Origin: Escherichia phage phiWec186
Length of the DNA: 64,000 nucleotides
Sequence record: LC739535.1
Reading direction: 5' to 3' (one strand)
How positions within the stretch are numbered: the stretch's first letter is position 1; every line of letters begins with the position of its first letter. Shown here one piece after another: positions 19,782 to 29,893 of the stretch. The translations under genes were made by a program, and so were the position numbers. The notes under the pieces are model-generated. The model saw only the letters and a list, made by a program, of their open reading frames with translations, was not told the origin of the DNA and ran no database searches.

Positions 19782-20402
19782 TTATACTCCTGTCATAGCC
19801 GTAAGGCCGAAGTTATTACTTGTTGAAAGAACTGAACCAGAATCGCTAACCATCATGCGTTCAACAGCAGTTTCCGTCGCCCACTCATTCCACCAAGTAG
19901 AATATGTATTTTCAGGCAGACCAACAAAGTTAATGAAGCGGTACAGACGGTTAGAAGATTCAACAATGGTATATGCTTCACAAGTGATTGCTGCATTATC
20001 ATCGCCAGCTTCTGGGTAAATAAATTCTTCAGAAGGTTGGGTGTTGAAACTTGTTGTTACTGTGTCTGCGCCTACTGTGACAACAACATCCATATTATAA
20101 TAGCGTTGGTCACGATCGTAATAAGATTTGTAAGAATTGATTGTGTCAATATAAATGTTCTTGGCAATCTCTGCCAGGAAGATTCGGTCCACAATATCTT
20201 TCTTTCGTGCTACACCGATAATCTCTTGCAGGTAAGGAACACCGAACGTGGTGTTAAGGAACCATTCCCCACGATATGTTTTGAGGGTGATCCCTAATGT
20301 CTGCGCTGCAATCTCGGTACGAGTGGTTGTCAAAACAAGATCCCCATCATCCATGATGAGGTCGTTGTCTGATCCCAATTTTAAATCATATGGGATACCC
20401 AT
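19782..20402 (-). CDS. baseplate wedge protein (gp25 / GpW-like)
   Basis: N-terminal GSDNDLIMDDGDLVL...QTLGITLKTYRGEWFLNTTFGVPY resembles the GpW/gp25 fold signature. Confidence 0.55.
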   Translation of the reverse strand: MGIPYDLKLGSDNDLIMDDGDLVLTTTRTEIAAQTLGITLKTYRGEWFLNTTFGVPYLQEIIGVARKKDIVDRIFLAEIAKNIYIDTINSYKSYYDRDQRYYNMDVVVTVGADTVTTSFNTQPSEEFIYPEAGDDNAAITCEAYTIVESSNRLYRFINFVGLPENTYSTWWNEWATETAVERMMVSDSGSVLSTSNNFGLTAMTGV

Positions 20403-20404
20403 TA

Positions 20405-21139
20405 TTATGCTCCTGAAGGTTTCAAGGATTCCGCACTTGAGCTTCCGCTCTGAATGTTGCGAACCGTATGGGTGTGGGTATGGAAGCCAATACCATTACC
20501 GTCTGTCATCAATCCGTTCTGATCAATCTGTAGTCCGTTAATGTTTGCAGACGTGCCTTTGAAAGTCATGACACCACCTGTCAAATCCAGGGTGCCGGAA
20601 CCGTCTGTCATTGTTATTCCAGAAGGAGTAATATCAATCTTCATTCCTTGACTATTCCATATCGATATAGTGCCAGAAGGATCGAAAGATGCATACGTGT
20701 TTTTGTTATTTGAAATAACTACCTTCTCGGAATCTACTGCTTCTGTTGAATCGGTGCCTGTGGAAATCTTAGGAATAAAGCAAATCGGATATAAACCGCA
20801 AGGCTGCATTAATGTAGTCGTTGTGGCTGCTTCTCCAGAAGTTTGCATTGCATTCGAAGGATCTCGTTCAGAGAAAATAACAACACCAATATCACCGGAT
20901 TTAATAGGGAAGGAGATACGCCCTGTACCTCCTCCATTAACCATAAAAGGAACATCGTGGAAGGTTGGATAGTCGATAGAATCTTCTTCTGATCGCGTAT
21001 TCTTCACAATGGATTCCAGTGTCAGTGTTTTTGCACCGTAATTAACACCTGTAACTCGCACTGGTAATGAGGTATGCACCTCTGCCAGTTGTTCTGTCAT
21101 CATGCCACGCATTGCTGTGACAAAGTTCAAAGCATCCAT
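20405..21139 (-). CDS. baseplate central spike (gpV-like)
   Basis: Gly/Thr-rich beta repeats and a C-terminal HTHTHT motif; position before the gp25-like gene. Confidence 0.55.
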   Translation of the reverse strand: MDALNFVTAMRGMMTEQLAEVHTSLPVRVTGVNYGAKTLTLESIVKNTRSEEDSIDYPTFHDVPFMVNGGGTGRISFPIKSGDIGVVIFSERDPSNAMQTSGEAATTTTLMQPCGLYPICFIPKISTGTDSTEAVDSEKVVISNNKNTYASFDPSGTISIWNSQGMKIDITPSGITMTDGSGTLDLTGGVMTFKGTSANINGLQIDQNGLMTDGNGIGFHTHTHTVRNIQSGSSSAESLKPSGA

Positions 21140-22152
21140 TATTTACCTTCCTTCGTCATGATCGCAGATACAGATACGCACTCAACCTCGGTAATCCACT
21201 CACTACCTTCCTTGTCTCCATGATGCGATACCGACACCACTTTAAATGGTCCATCGTAATCACGACTCTTCAGCCAGATAGTTTTTTCAGGTAAGATTGC
21301 ACCATTCATTTGACATTTGAACTTCACACCGTCTGTAGGTTTCTTGGCTTTCTTAGAAGCTTTAGTCACCTTCTTGGCAGGTTTGATATCGTTGTGGAAT
21401 GGTTCTGGGCTTCCTATCAACCCTGTTTCAGGACTGATGTAGGCGCTTCTTGCGTTGGACATTTGTGAACGAGGTGTAACATAAACAGACCCATCTTGAA
21501 TAGACACGTTATGATCAATACTCTTACAAATGTGTTCCAGGTAGTGTGAAGTATTTCCACACATCGCTGTCGCAGAAGAAAGGGTCTGATCATTGTCGAT
21601 ATGAATGTTACCTTCTGTTGTCCCAAGATCCTTAACAAGATCTGCAACAACACGTCTTACTTTCGTCCCTTTAGGGTAGCTACGACTGGTACGGGCTTCA
21701 GAGATGTTGATACCTCCGTCCAGACAATGGAGAACAGTTTTACGATCGACACTATCGAACGTATCACTTACCCACTGAATTGTACCCTTGAAAATCATAA
21801 CCAATTCTTGCCCTTCGTATCCAACTGCTAAAGCTACTGCCAGGTTGTTACGAATGCCTCGGTTGATGTAGTTTACTGTGTCATCCGACAGGTTGTAAAC
21901 AGTAATCTCCGCTTGGTTAGGATCTTTGTTATTATCTTTCTTGATATTGAAAGTAATTTGATGATGTTCAAGTAGATACAAATTAGAAGAAGATTTTGTA
22001 GTGCTTCCCAATTTAGTATCCAAATCTACTGTTGATTTAAAGGATGAGTTGCTTGTCCTTTTCTGCACGGTATTCGTTGCCGTACCAATCAACAGTTTAT
22101 ATGCCCTGTTCAGATTGGGAACAGGGGCTTTTGTATATTCTCTTTCTGCCAT
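21139..22152 (-). CDS. putative baseplate hub protein
   Basis: Gene order between tape measure and spike. Confidence 0.4.
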   Translation of the reverse strand: MAEREYTKAPVPNLNRAYKLLIGTATNTVQKRTSNSSFKSTVDLDTKLGSTTKSSSNLYLLEHHQITFNIKKDNNKDPNQAEITVYNLSDDTVNYINRGIRNNLAVALAVGYEGQELVMIFKGTIQWVSDTFDSVDRKTVLHCLDGGINISEARTSRSYPKGTKVRRVVADLVKDLGTTEGNIHIDNDQTLSSATAMCGNTSHYLEHICKSIDHNVSIQDGSVYVTPRSQMSNARSAYISPETGLIGSPEPFHNDIKPAKKVTKASKKAKKPTDGVKFKCQMNGAILPEKTIWLKSRDYDGPFKVVSVSHHGDKEGSEWITEVECVSVSAIMTKEGK

Positions 22153-22170
22153 ACAATCTCCCCTTAACTA

Positions 22171-22584
22171 TTAAGCTTGGTTCGATAGATTATCTATGTA
22201 AACCAAAACAAAACGTTTTTCAATTCCTGTAGTTGTGTAACCAGGACGACCGTTAATCTTTACCGTATCGATCATGTAAAGCTGTCCATCGGGAACACCT
22301 TCGAGATACTTGTACGGCTTCAGCAGGTCAAGTCCGTTGGTTATCTTAAACGTTACGCTCGGTTCGTCTCCTGATAAACCTATAAGGCACTGCCAAGCTT
22401 CATCACGAGTGTTCCAACGTAAACGTATATCGTAATCTACACCATCCAATGTTACAGTGTAGGTTTGGTCTGGATATTCTTCTGTCTTCAAATACCAGGC
22501 AAAGTAATCAGAACGGTCTTCCAAGAAGACAGCCTTATATCCAGAGTTTGTTGTGCTTCGTGTTGCTTTAGAATAAGTTGCCAC
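22171..22584 (-). CDS. hypothetical tail protein
   Basis: ORF in the tail module. Confidence 0.45.
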   Translation of the reverse strand: MATYSKATRSTTNSGYKAVFLEDRSDYFAWYLKTEEYPDQTYTVTLDGVDYDIRLRWNTRDEAWQCLIGLSGDEPSVTFKITNGLDLLKPYKYLEGVPDGQLYMIDTVKINGRPGYTTTGIEKRFVLVYIDNLSNQA

Positions 22585-22586
22585 GA

Positions 22587-23321
22587 TTACCCTCCGTTAT
22601 TCGACGGTGTATTAGTATCTCTTGCAGCATTTTGGTTAATTGGGTTAGTGACTTTAGCACCACCAGTTGGAGCCTTGCTCTTAACCTCGCCACCAGTAGA
22701 TTTGTTCGGGGCAGTCTTCACAGCTATCGCGTTAGTTGTTGCAGTGCTGACCAAACGAATCTGCTCCAATTCCAGGTTGAACTGCATAGCGAATTCTGAA
22801 CGATATTCGTAAGTGTAACCTTTCAGGATCACGTTCTCGAAAGTACGGTGTTCTGTTAATAGAACTATCGGTTGACGAGCATCAAAAATCTGATCAAGGT
22901 ACTCGATTGCTTGGGAAATACGTGTTCCATTAACCCCTGCACTGTAAAGCTGATCACGCATCAAACGTACAGGCGTTTCTGTAATAACACCTGTCAATTT
23001 AAAAGTGTTGTTGTTTATTTTGACGTTATCACTCACTGTACTGCCGGATTCAACAGGGAAGCTTGTGATATCTGCTGAACGAGTTACTCCAACTTCCGGT
23101 GCGGAGTCGAAAGTAATCGCCATAAAGTTTTGTATGTATTGATCACTTGAGCTATTGTAAACACTGGCTAAGATACAAAAACCGTTATCACCTTTCACCG
23201 TGGAGGCGGAGTTATTCGTATTTTGTGTTGAGTTCACCTCTTGCTCGGATTTGTAGACGGCTCTTACCGACTGTTGTGGAGTCATTGCTGCCATGATAAC
23301 CTCATAGTAATGGTAATGCAA
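22587..23321 (-). CDS. hypothetical tail protein
   Basis: ORF in the tail module, downstream of the tape measure. Confidence 0.45.
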   Translation of the reverse strand: MHYHYYEVIMAAMTPQQSVRAVYKSEQEVNSTQNTNNSASTVKGDNGFCILASVYNSSSDQYIQNFMAITFDSAPEVGVTRSADITSFPVESGSTVSDNVKINNNTFKLTGVITETPVRLMRDQLYSAGVNGTRISQAIEYLDQIFDARQPIVLLTEHRTFENVILKGYTYEYRSEFAMQFNLELEQIRLVSTATTNAIAVKTAPNKSTGGEVKSKAPTGGAKVTNPINQNAARDTNTPSNNGG

Positions 23322-23396
23322 AGAGGAAGATGCAAGATCTTCCCATATTGATTATGATACCACAAATGTCGTCGTTATGTCAATGTAAAAATAATT

Positions 23397-23425
23397 CTTG
23401 ACTACCATGATCCGCCTTGCTACAC
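23397..23425 (+). promoter_or_regulatory. sigma70-like promoter (TTGACT, 17 bp spacer, TACACT)
   Basis: Near-consensus hexamers read directly, followed by AAGGAGG and ATG at 23452. Confidence 0.55.
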
Positions 23426-23451
23426 TGTATTTATTAACTAAGGAGGAAATT

Positions 23452-24465
23452 ATGGGCGTGATTAAAGGTTGGGACATTCAGAAGAAAGAATGTGAAGAAG
23501 TGGCAAGACCAGGTATTACTGTTCTTGGATTTGTTGAACCGTGGAATGGTGCACATACCAAACTGATGCTGAAATGTGAGAAGCATGGGGAATGGAATAC
23601 AACCTCCATCAACAACTTCAAAAAGAATGGTTCTGGTTGTAATGGTTGTAGAGCGGATATATGTGGTGCAAGAGCAGAAGGGAATAGCTTTGCAAGTAAA
23701 AATGCTATCTCAGATGAGCAACACATTAAGGATTTCTTGGCTACCGGATTGTTTGCAGAGGGGACAACCTTCGTCAATACAGGTGTGAAAACAAAAGGTA
23801 ATCACAACTGCGTGTGGAAAGTAAGTTGCCCTGTTTGTGCTGTGGATGTATATTCTCAAGCTGGTTTATGTGATGGTAGTTTTGAAGGTCTGACTACACA
23901 CCTTAAGGCTGGAAAGGTTCCTTGTCGTTGCTCTCCACGTCATTGCTATTCTAAAGACCAATGGTTGTTTAGATTTCAGTTAATGTGTGAAGAAAAAGGT
24001 TATACTTTCATCAAGGCCATCTACGAAGGGGAAGCATACTCTCATGGAGATGTTGAGTATGCTTGTCCAGAACACGGCTCACAACGCATGACTGTGAAGA
24101 ACCTCATGTCAGGTAAAGGTTGTCCAGAGTGTGCCAATAAAACACAACAGTTCTGTTATATCAATGAAGTGTATGATGAAGATAATAATCTCTGCGCTCT
24201 TAAATTTGGAATTGCCAATGATGCTGAACGTAGGATCAAAGGTCAGAACTCGAAGAATGCTTTCACAATGCAACAGAAAGCTGTCTACTTCTTTGATGAT
24301 ATCAAGTCGTGTCGAGCAGCAGAAAGGAAGTGTTTGAAGATGTTGAAGTGCGGTGTTGTGAATAAATTTCAATTGCAGGATGGACACACAGAAACAACCC
24401 ATCTGGACAATTACGAAATTATTGAGGCTATTTACGAAAGTTTTGGAGGGGTGTTACAGAAATGA
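23452..24465 (+). CDS. Cys-rich protein with three zinc-ribbon-like repeats and a C-terminal GIY-YIG/T5orf172-like domain; putative free-standing homing endonuclease
   Basis: Three repeats of C..HG...G.GC..C; C-terminal CYINEVYDEDNNLCALKFGIANDAERRIKGQ resembles GIY...YIG...R...E; opposite strand to the surrounding tail genes, with its own promoter. Confidence 0.45.
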   Translation: MGVIKGWDIQKKECEEVARPGITVLGFVEPWNGAHTKLMLKCEKHGEWNTTSINNFKKNGSGCNGCRADICGARAEGNSFASKNAISDEQHIKDFLATGLFAEGTTFVNTGVKTKGNHNCVWKVSCPVCAVDVYSQAGLCDGSFEGLTTHLKAGKVPCRCSPRHCYSKDQWLFRFQLMCEEKGYTFIKAIYEGEAYSHGDVEYACPEHGSQRMTVKNLMSGKGCPECANKTQQFCYINEVYDEDNNLCALKFGIANDAERRIKGQNSKNAFTMQQKAVYFFDDIKSCRAAERKCLKMLKCGVVNKFQLQDGHTETTHLDNYEIIEAIYESFGGVLQK

Positions 24466-24467
24466 AA

Positions 24468-24492
24468 AAAGGGGCCGAAGCCCCTTTCTTAG
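24468..24492. terminator. bidirectional rho-independent terminator
   Basis: GGGGC-CGAA-GCCCC hairpin with an A-run upstream and T-rich tract downstream. Confidence 0.6.
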
Positions 24493-26444
24493 TTACCACC
24501 AGATTGTCCACTTAAAGTAGCTAAAGTTAAACGGTTGAAAACATTGTTACCACTGTTCTGAATACGAGCATCCAACATATTACCAAACTCCGAAGACGGG
24601 TTGATTGTTACGTTGATCAGATCACTCGGAATAGCAATCGTGTTTTCTACAATAGGTTGGTTACGAGCCAGATTAACGTTTGGCGTATAAGCTGTTTCAC
24701 GCAAATTCTCTAAAGGATTCCCGAAACCGAAAGCATGTGTTCGAGTTTCTTCTCCTCGGAACATTCTTCCAACGTCTTGAGTATCAATTCCAGTCCACTT
24801 ATAAAGGAAGTCGGCTACTGGGTTGGTATCTCCTGATTGTGTTGCGGCGTACAATTTGTCCGGTATAGTTTTATTAGGATCAGAATCCGGTCCGAAGATA
24901 GATGGTAAGTTTGTCACTAACCATTTATTAATATCTTCCGTGATACCGATAATCTCTGTACCAAACTTAGCAACATTCAGTGTGGCATTTGCAAACTCCA
25001 CCCCAAGATTCTTGGCAAAATTGTCCAAAGATTTAACGTTATCTAACCAAGATTCGTCTTTAGGTATTGCACTCATAAATCCTTCCAGGAAATAGTTCTG
25101 CATCCCTTGACCAACCAAACCTATTGTTGCAGTTAAACGTGTGTACTGTTTAGAAGCTTCCATTTGCTCATTAGTCAATGCAGCACCAGTACGTTGAAGC
25201 ATACGGAGGGTTTCTTGGAAGCCTTCTCCGTTCTTGCTAAACATACGTTGGTAATGCATGAGGTCATCTCCAAGGTTCTCAAGAAGACGACCAATCTGTG
25301 CCGAGTTCATGCCGCGACGCTCACCTTCATTCACAGTTGCCTGGATGAAAGCTAACGGATCGTTCTGCATGTGCTTAATTTGCGAAGGGTTCCAGCCGAA
25401 CATGTTCATGATATCGTTGATACCGTTGTCCCCGCCACGCCATTTTCCTTTCTTCTCGTCCCATTCAGAAGCCATCATCGAGTTACCTAAACGTTCACGA
25501 ACGTCTTTAAGGTTATCGATTGACTTGATAATGTTTGCCGAGTCAACACCGTTCTGTTCACCCCAAGCAGTCATTGTCATAATGGCGTTGGCGTTTGCCT
25601 GAACGTTCTCTGCACCACGACCTACAAACTTGATACGATCATTAGCATTTTGCAAAGTGTTCCCTACAACAGAGCCACCTGCAAATAACCCTGCACCGAT
25701 CATAGAAGAAACCATCATACGAGGGTTAAGACCTAAAGCACCATCTCGCATTTGGGAATACTTACGTTCCTTATCTCGACGTTGTTGTGCCAATTCTCGT
25801 TTATGGTTACGTTCAATATCGCGCAACTCTTTATCACGCATACGTTGACGTTGCTTGGCTTCTGCTTCCAGTTCTCGACGAATCCTACGGCGACCACGAA
25901 CCTCATCCTCAATATCTTTCGTTTTTTCTCTGTGGGATTTACGAAGGTTATCAAGCTGATGGGCCAGAGTTTGGTTCATACGTTGAAGAGTGATATCTCC
26001 ACGTTTGTATGATTCTACAGAGGCATCCATGATTTGTTTTGCTTGGCGTTGTGCATCTATGGAAGCTTTGGTATATTGCATACCACGCTTCTCAAAATTC
26101 TCCATGCGGAGGTTGCCTAAATCGTTACGACGAGCTTGGAGTTCTGCTGCGCGTTCTTCTGGTGTTTTCTTACCTGGTTTCGTTGGACGACCAGGACCGG
26201 AGGTAGTTCCACCACCTTTTGGAGCAGAAGGGGGAGCAGGGCGAGCAGGGAAAGTCTGCGCTTTACGCATTTCTCTTTCGATCTCTTTCATCTGCTGCCT
26301 AAATTTACTCATGTTTAAGGTAGGTTGGATTTTTTCAGCGAACCTTTTAATACTTTCGACAGAATCTTTGGCCTCTTTGAGACTGTTCTTGTCCACCTTA
26401 AATGTGACTACGTTACTGATTTTTGAGGCATTAATATCTAACAA
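24489..26444 (-). CDS. tail tape measure protein
   Basis: 651 aa; long Arg/Glu/Lys-rich helical N-terminal region and Gly/Met-rich middle; follows the chaperone gene. Confidence 0.7.
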   Translation of the reverse strand: MLDINASKISNVVTFKVDKNSLKEAKDSVESIKRFAEKIQPTLNMSKFRQQMKEIEREMRKAQTFPARPAPPSAPKGGGTTSGPGRPTKPGKKTPEERAAELQARRNDLGNLRMENFEKRGMQYTKASIDAQRQAKQIMDASVESYKRGDITLQRMNQTLAHQLDNLRKSHREKTKDIEDEVRGRRRIRRELEAEAKQRQRMRDKELRDIERNHKRELAQQRRDKERKYSQMRDGALGLNPRMMVSSMIGAGLFAGGSVVGNTLQNANDRIKFVGRGAENVQANANAIMTMTAWGEQNGVDSANIIKSIDNLKDVRERLGNSMMASEWDEKKGKWRGGDNGINDIMNMFGWNPSQIKHMQNDPLAFIQATVNEGERRGMNSAQIGRLLENLGDDLMHYQRMFSKNGEGFQETLRMLQRTGAALTNEQMEASKQYTRLTATIGLVGQGMQNYFLEGFMSAIPKDESWLDNVKSLDNFAKNLGVEFANATLNVAKFGTEIIGITEDINKWLVTNLPSIFGPDSDPNKTIPDKLYAATQSGDTNPVADFLYKWTGIDTQDVGRMFRGEETRTHAFGFGNPLENLRETAYTPNVNLARNQPIVENTIAIPSDLINVTINPSSEFGNMLDARIQNSGNNVFNRLTLATLSGQSGGN

Positions 26445-26458
26445 AGTATTTCCTCCTG

Positions 26459-27210
26459 TTAGTGTATCATTTTCTTAAACATGTCTTGCATTTGAGAAGC
26501 GTTCTCTTGTTGCTTTCTCTTTATTGAAGTGTCTTTGCTGTACAGAGCTTCGATATAATCCTCATAGGTGAGGTACTCGTACATTCCTAACAGATAATCC
26601 ACCCCGTATTGATCCAGGGTGGAGCGTGTTTCCGAGGTATTCTTCACAACCTTGCAGAGAATGATCTCATACCACTTCAACGTAAGAGTCTTCTCTGCGG
26701 TTTCCATCGCGTGACGAATGGCTGGACTTAGTTCGTTGCCAGATCCTGAACCGCTTGGAACTGGGTCAACAGTTTTCCGAAACCTCGTTTGAAAAAAGGG
26801 CCATAGTTCACCTCAAGAACTTTTGCTGTCAAGTCGAGGACAAGTTCTGGGTGAGCAAAGAAGAGTTCATCGAAGTTATCAGATACATTATGTCCTGCTT
26901 CGGTATATACTTCGTCTAAGATCTTACGGAGGAACACGGTAAGGTTCTTCTCTTCAAGACCAGAGAACAATTGAATAAGTGCCATTGCAATACGAGATTC
27001 CAGATCTTCATCAGCCGACATAAGGGCGGTATTGTACATGGTCATAGGTACAGCTAAAACGCTACCGAGTTCTGGAATACGTTCGAAGACCTTTGAAGGA
27101 CTCCACTTCAGAATACGGAAGGTTACGAAACGGGTTTCATCCAAGTAAATTTTTACGATTTCTTCTGGACGTGCATATTGTTTGATAGTATCGTCTTGTT
27201 GTTCTGACAT
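26459..27210 (-). CDS. tail assembly chaperone frameshift fusion (G-T-like) via programmed -1 frameshift
   Basis: Slippery heptamer T_TTT_TTC (0-frame CCT TTT TTC) at 26791-26797; the -1 frame runs open from there through the downstream ORF to 26459. Confidence 0.6.
26728..27210 (-). CDS. tail assembly chaperone (G-like, 0-frame product)
   Basis: Lies between tube and tape measure; contains the slippery site near its 3' end. Confidence 0.65.
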   Translation of the reverse strand: MSEQQDDTIKQYARPEEIVKIYLDETRFVTFRILKWSPSKVFERIPELGSVLAVPMTMYNTALMSADEDLESRIAMALIQLFSGLEEKNLTVFLRKILDEVYTEAGHNVSDNFDELFFAHPELVLDLTAKVLEVNYGPFFKRGFGKLLTQFQAVQDLATN

Positions 27211-27224
27211 AGTTTCCTCTCTTT

Positions 27225-27252
27225 TTAGTTAAATAAAAAGGGCATTTCTGCC
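27225..27252 (-). terminator. rho-independent terminator (minus strand)
   Basis: AGGGCA-GAAA-TGCCCT hairpin followed by TTTTTATTT on the minus strand. Confidence 0.5.
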
Positions 27253-27261
27253 CTTTCGTTA

Positions 27262-27741
27262 TTATTGAATGGTCAGTGCAGAGATAGAGTTAAGAACACT
27301 CATACCTACACCAACTTCATTACGTAACAGGCTTGCATCTTTCAGACCGATAACCCATTGGTTCTCTGTAATCATTTCGCCCATGGTGTCTTCAGGTTGA
27401 GACTGAATCCAACCAATGGTGCTAATGTAATAGCCACGAGGATCTTCCAGATAAACGCTGAATGCTACTTGACGAGTAGAATACATTGTTTGAGCATAAG
27501 TTGCAAGAACTTCGTTCGCTGGAGATGTACGTTGCAGAGAAATAGTCATGGTGCCGAGACGGTTGCGGCTAAGAGCCAGAGAAACATCGCCATCAGTACC
27601 AGCATATGGGTTAATAATATCGTTGGCTTTTGCGATTACAATTTTAGTGTCGGTTGCAAAACCCCACGGCTCCCATCCACCCAGGGACAGAACGATTTGG
27701 GAAGGATCATAGGCCATTACGCCAGTAAGCATTTTATCCAA
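27262..27741 (-). CDS. tail tube protein
   Basis: 159 aa, directly downstream of the sheath gene and upstream of the chaperone. Confidence 0.6.
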   Translation of the reverse strand: MDKMLTGVMAYDPSQIVLSLGGWEPWGFATDTKIVIAKANDIINPYAGTDGDVSLALSRNRLGTMTISLQRTSPANEVLATYAQTMYSTRQVAFSVYLEDPRGYYISTIGWIQSQPEDTMGEMITENQWVIGLKDASLLRNEVGVGMSVLNSISALTIQ

Positions 27742-27787
27742 TTTGGATCTCCTTTAGGGATAAGGCGAGGTTGCCCCCGCCAAATTA

Positions 27788-29161
27788 TTAGTTTGCAGTA
27801 CGGTTGGTCAGGACGTGAACCTGAACCTTAACGTAATGGAAGAATCCTGCGTAAACGTATTCAATCTTCATGCCGTCAACCAGACGCTGATTAATCTGCG
27901 AATCAGTCATGTCAGCACGAGAAGGAAGGTAAACGATAGGCTTCAGGTCAACACGCAGTCCAGTTTCTTCTGAAACAACCACTTCGTTAGAAATAGAACC
28001 GTTCAGAATACCAACTTGGATCGGGTTAGCCAGAACCGCTTGTTTAATCAGAGCCAGACCATTGGAAGTAGCACGAACACCACCACCCAACATTGACTGC
28101 TGTTTGAACAGAGTGAACAGAGATTCTTCGGTACGAGCTTTGAACCACAGAGCGTGAACTACGTAGTCAGCAAAGAAACCGTTAACCATCAGACCATCGC
28201 GGTAGAACAGAGTTGCGTGTTCTTTACGGTAGATGTTACCATTCTGTTGAACAATGTTATTTTCCGCAGTCTGACCAAGCTTCTCGATTTCAACTCCAAC
28301 CAGAGTTTTACCGTGTAGAGTGGTAGTACCAGGCTGTGCAGAGCAGATAGAACCAACTACGGCAGCTTCTGGGAATACAGAGTCCGCGTCGCTCATCCAC
28401 AAGGCGAAACAGGTGTTGACGTAACCGAGGTCATTCAAACGCTCAAGAACGTTGTCTTCGGCTTTAGTAGTGATACCAACGTCTGAACTGGAGAAGAAGT
28501 ATACTTTATCATTCTCTTCTACCCAAGCAGCTACATCAAGAATATCTTCAACAGCGTGGGAGTCAGACAGAACCCAGAACCAGCTACTATCGATATCGTG
28601 CAGAGCGGCGATATCTTCGGTAATGCCGTTAGCGTAGACGGTTTCTTTAGCGAAGCCGTTTGCATCCAGAGAAGCGTATTTGCCTACAACTGGAGAAACA
28701 GTGATCACAGCACCATCGTTAGCAACGGTAAACAGACCACCATAAACTACGTCTGCATTGATCATTTCTGTCAGACCAACAACGATTTCTTGTGCTGTTG
28801 CAGTGTCGTCAGCAATGAATTTGAAATCTTTCTTGTTCTTGCCTTCTTTGATAGTGACAACATATGTTGCACTGTCTTCAACTGCTGGGGTCAGGGTAAA
28901 GTTTGTTACTTCACGCTTACCAACAATCACTTGACTTGGTGCGAATAATCCGTTAAACAGTTTAACTGCCATGATATAGGCTGGATCATTAACACCGTAA
29001 CCCGCTTCCAGAAGTGCGTCAGAAGAGGTGTAATATTCAATCGCGTTACCAGTGACAGTCTGACCAGTAAGGATCAGGGGAATGTCAAACTGGGTTTCAC
29101 GGATTGATGTAGCTCCGTACAGTAAAGTTACGGTTGCTACCTTTTCACGAAAAGTTGCCAT
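27788..29161 (-). CDS. tail sheath protein
   Basis: 457 aa immediately upstream of the tube gene; conserved sheath-tube-chaperone-tape-measure order. Confidence 0.65.
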   Translation of the reverse strand: MATFREKVATVTLLYGATSIRETQFDIPLILTGQTVTGNAIEYYTSSDALLEAGYGVNDPAYIMAVKLFNGLFAPSQVIVGKREVTNFTLTPAVEDSATYVVTIKEGKNKKDFKFIADDTATAQEIVVGLTEMINADVVYGGLFTVANDGAVITVSPVVGKYASLDANGFAKETVYANGITEDIAALHDIDSSWFWVLSDSHAVEDILDVAAWVEENDKVYFFSSSDVGITTKAEDNVLERLNDLGYVNTCFALWMSDADSVFPEAAVVGSICSAQPGTTTLHGKTLVGVEIEKLGQTAENNIVQQNGNIYRKEHATLFYRDGLMVNGFFADYVVHALWFKARTEESLFTLFKQQSMLGGGVRATSNGLALIKQAVLANPIQVGILNGSISNEVVVSEETGLRVDLKPIVYLPSRADMTDSQINQRLVDGMKIEYVYAGFFHYVKVQVHVLTNRTAN

Positions 29162-29194
29162 TTATGCTCCTGTTAGAAACTTATTCCAATGAAT

Positions 29195-29893
29195 TTATTC
29201 GTTGGGGTTGTTAAATAATGATCCATCATCAGTTACTGGTGAGTATTCGCCATTAACCTCATGAACTACGTAAATTCTATCCAGAGTTAAATCCAGAGGT
29301 GTGGGATCATTGTAGCTATCTCTGAATGATCGAATATGCATGTTGACAGCCTCTATAGGGGTTGTCATAATATCCTCAATACTCATACGAGTGTTGAAGG
29401 TCATAATCATACGCGCTCTAACTTCAGTCTTATCTCCATCCAGAACTGTGTTTGCCTGTGTGATATTTGTTGCTGACAGGAAACCCATCCCTTTGGAATA
29501 GAGATGCTTGTATTTTAATTCCTCTGCACCACGTAGAGCAGCCAGAACATAGCTCAACAGAGTAGTAGGTCTTCCACGGAAAGCCATGAGTTCAATCTCA
29601 TAGGTATTGTCCATCTCGTAGGAAAACATGTCTTGCTCTATTTTGCCTCGGTAAGACCACCCACCAGAATCACTGGAGGTGATAATACGTAGTGCCAGGT
29701 ATGGATTGGTAGGTTGGACGAACGGTTTGTCCATCACGTAAATTGGCAATCCAGTTAATTCTTGAAGGAAACTACCTATATTAAGATAGATAGCGTTCTC
29801 ATACGCTTCGATTTGTTCGTAGATATTAGCCAAAGTTTCCTCCCTCTTGATCGTAATCCCATGTATTGTTTTGATCGTCCAATATGGCGACAC
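29195..29893 (-). CDS. hypothetical virion protein (head-tail joining region)
   Basis: ORF between head and tail modules. Confidence 0.45.
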   Translation of the reverse strand: MSPYWTIKTIHGITIKREETLANIYEQIEAYENAIYLNIGSFLQELTGLPIYVMDKPFVQPTNPYLALRIITSSDSGGWSYRGKIEQDMFSYEMDNTYEIELMAFRGRPTTLLSYVLAALRGAEELKYKHLYSKGMGFLSATNITQANTVLDGDKTEVRARMIMTFNTRMSIEDIMTTPIEAVNMHIRSFRDSYNDPTPLDLTLDRIYVVHEVNGEYSPVTDDGSLFNNPNE

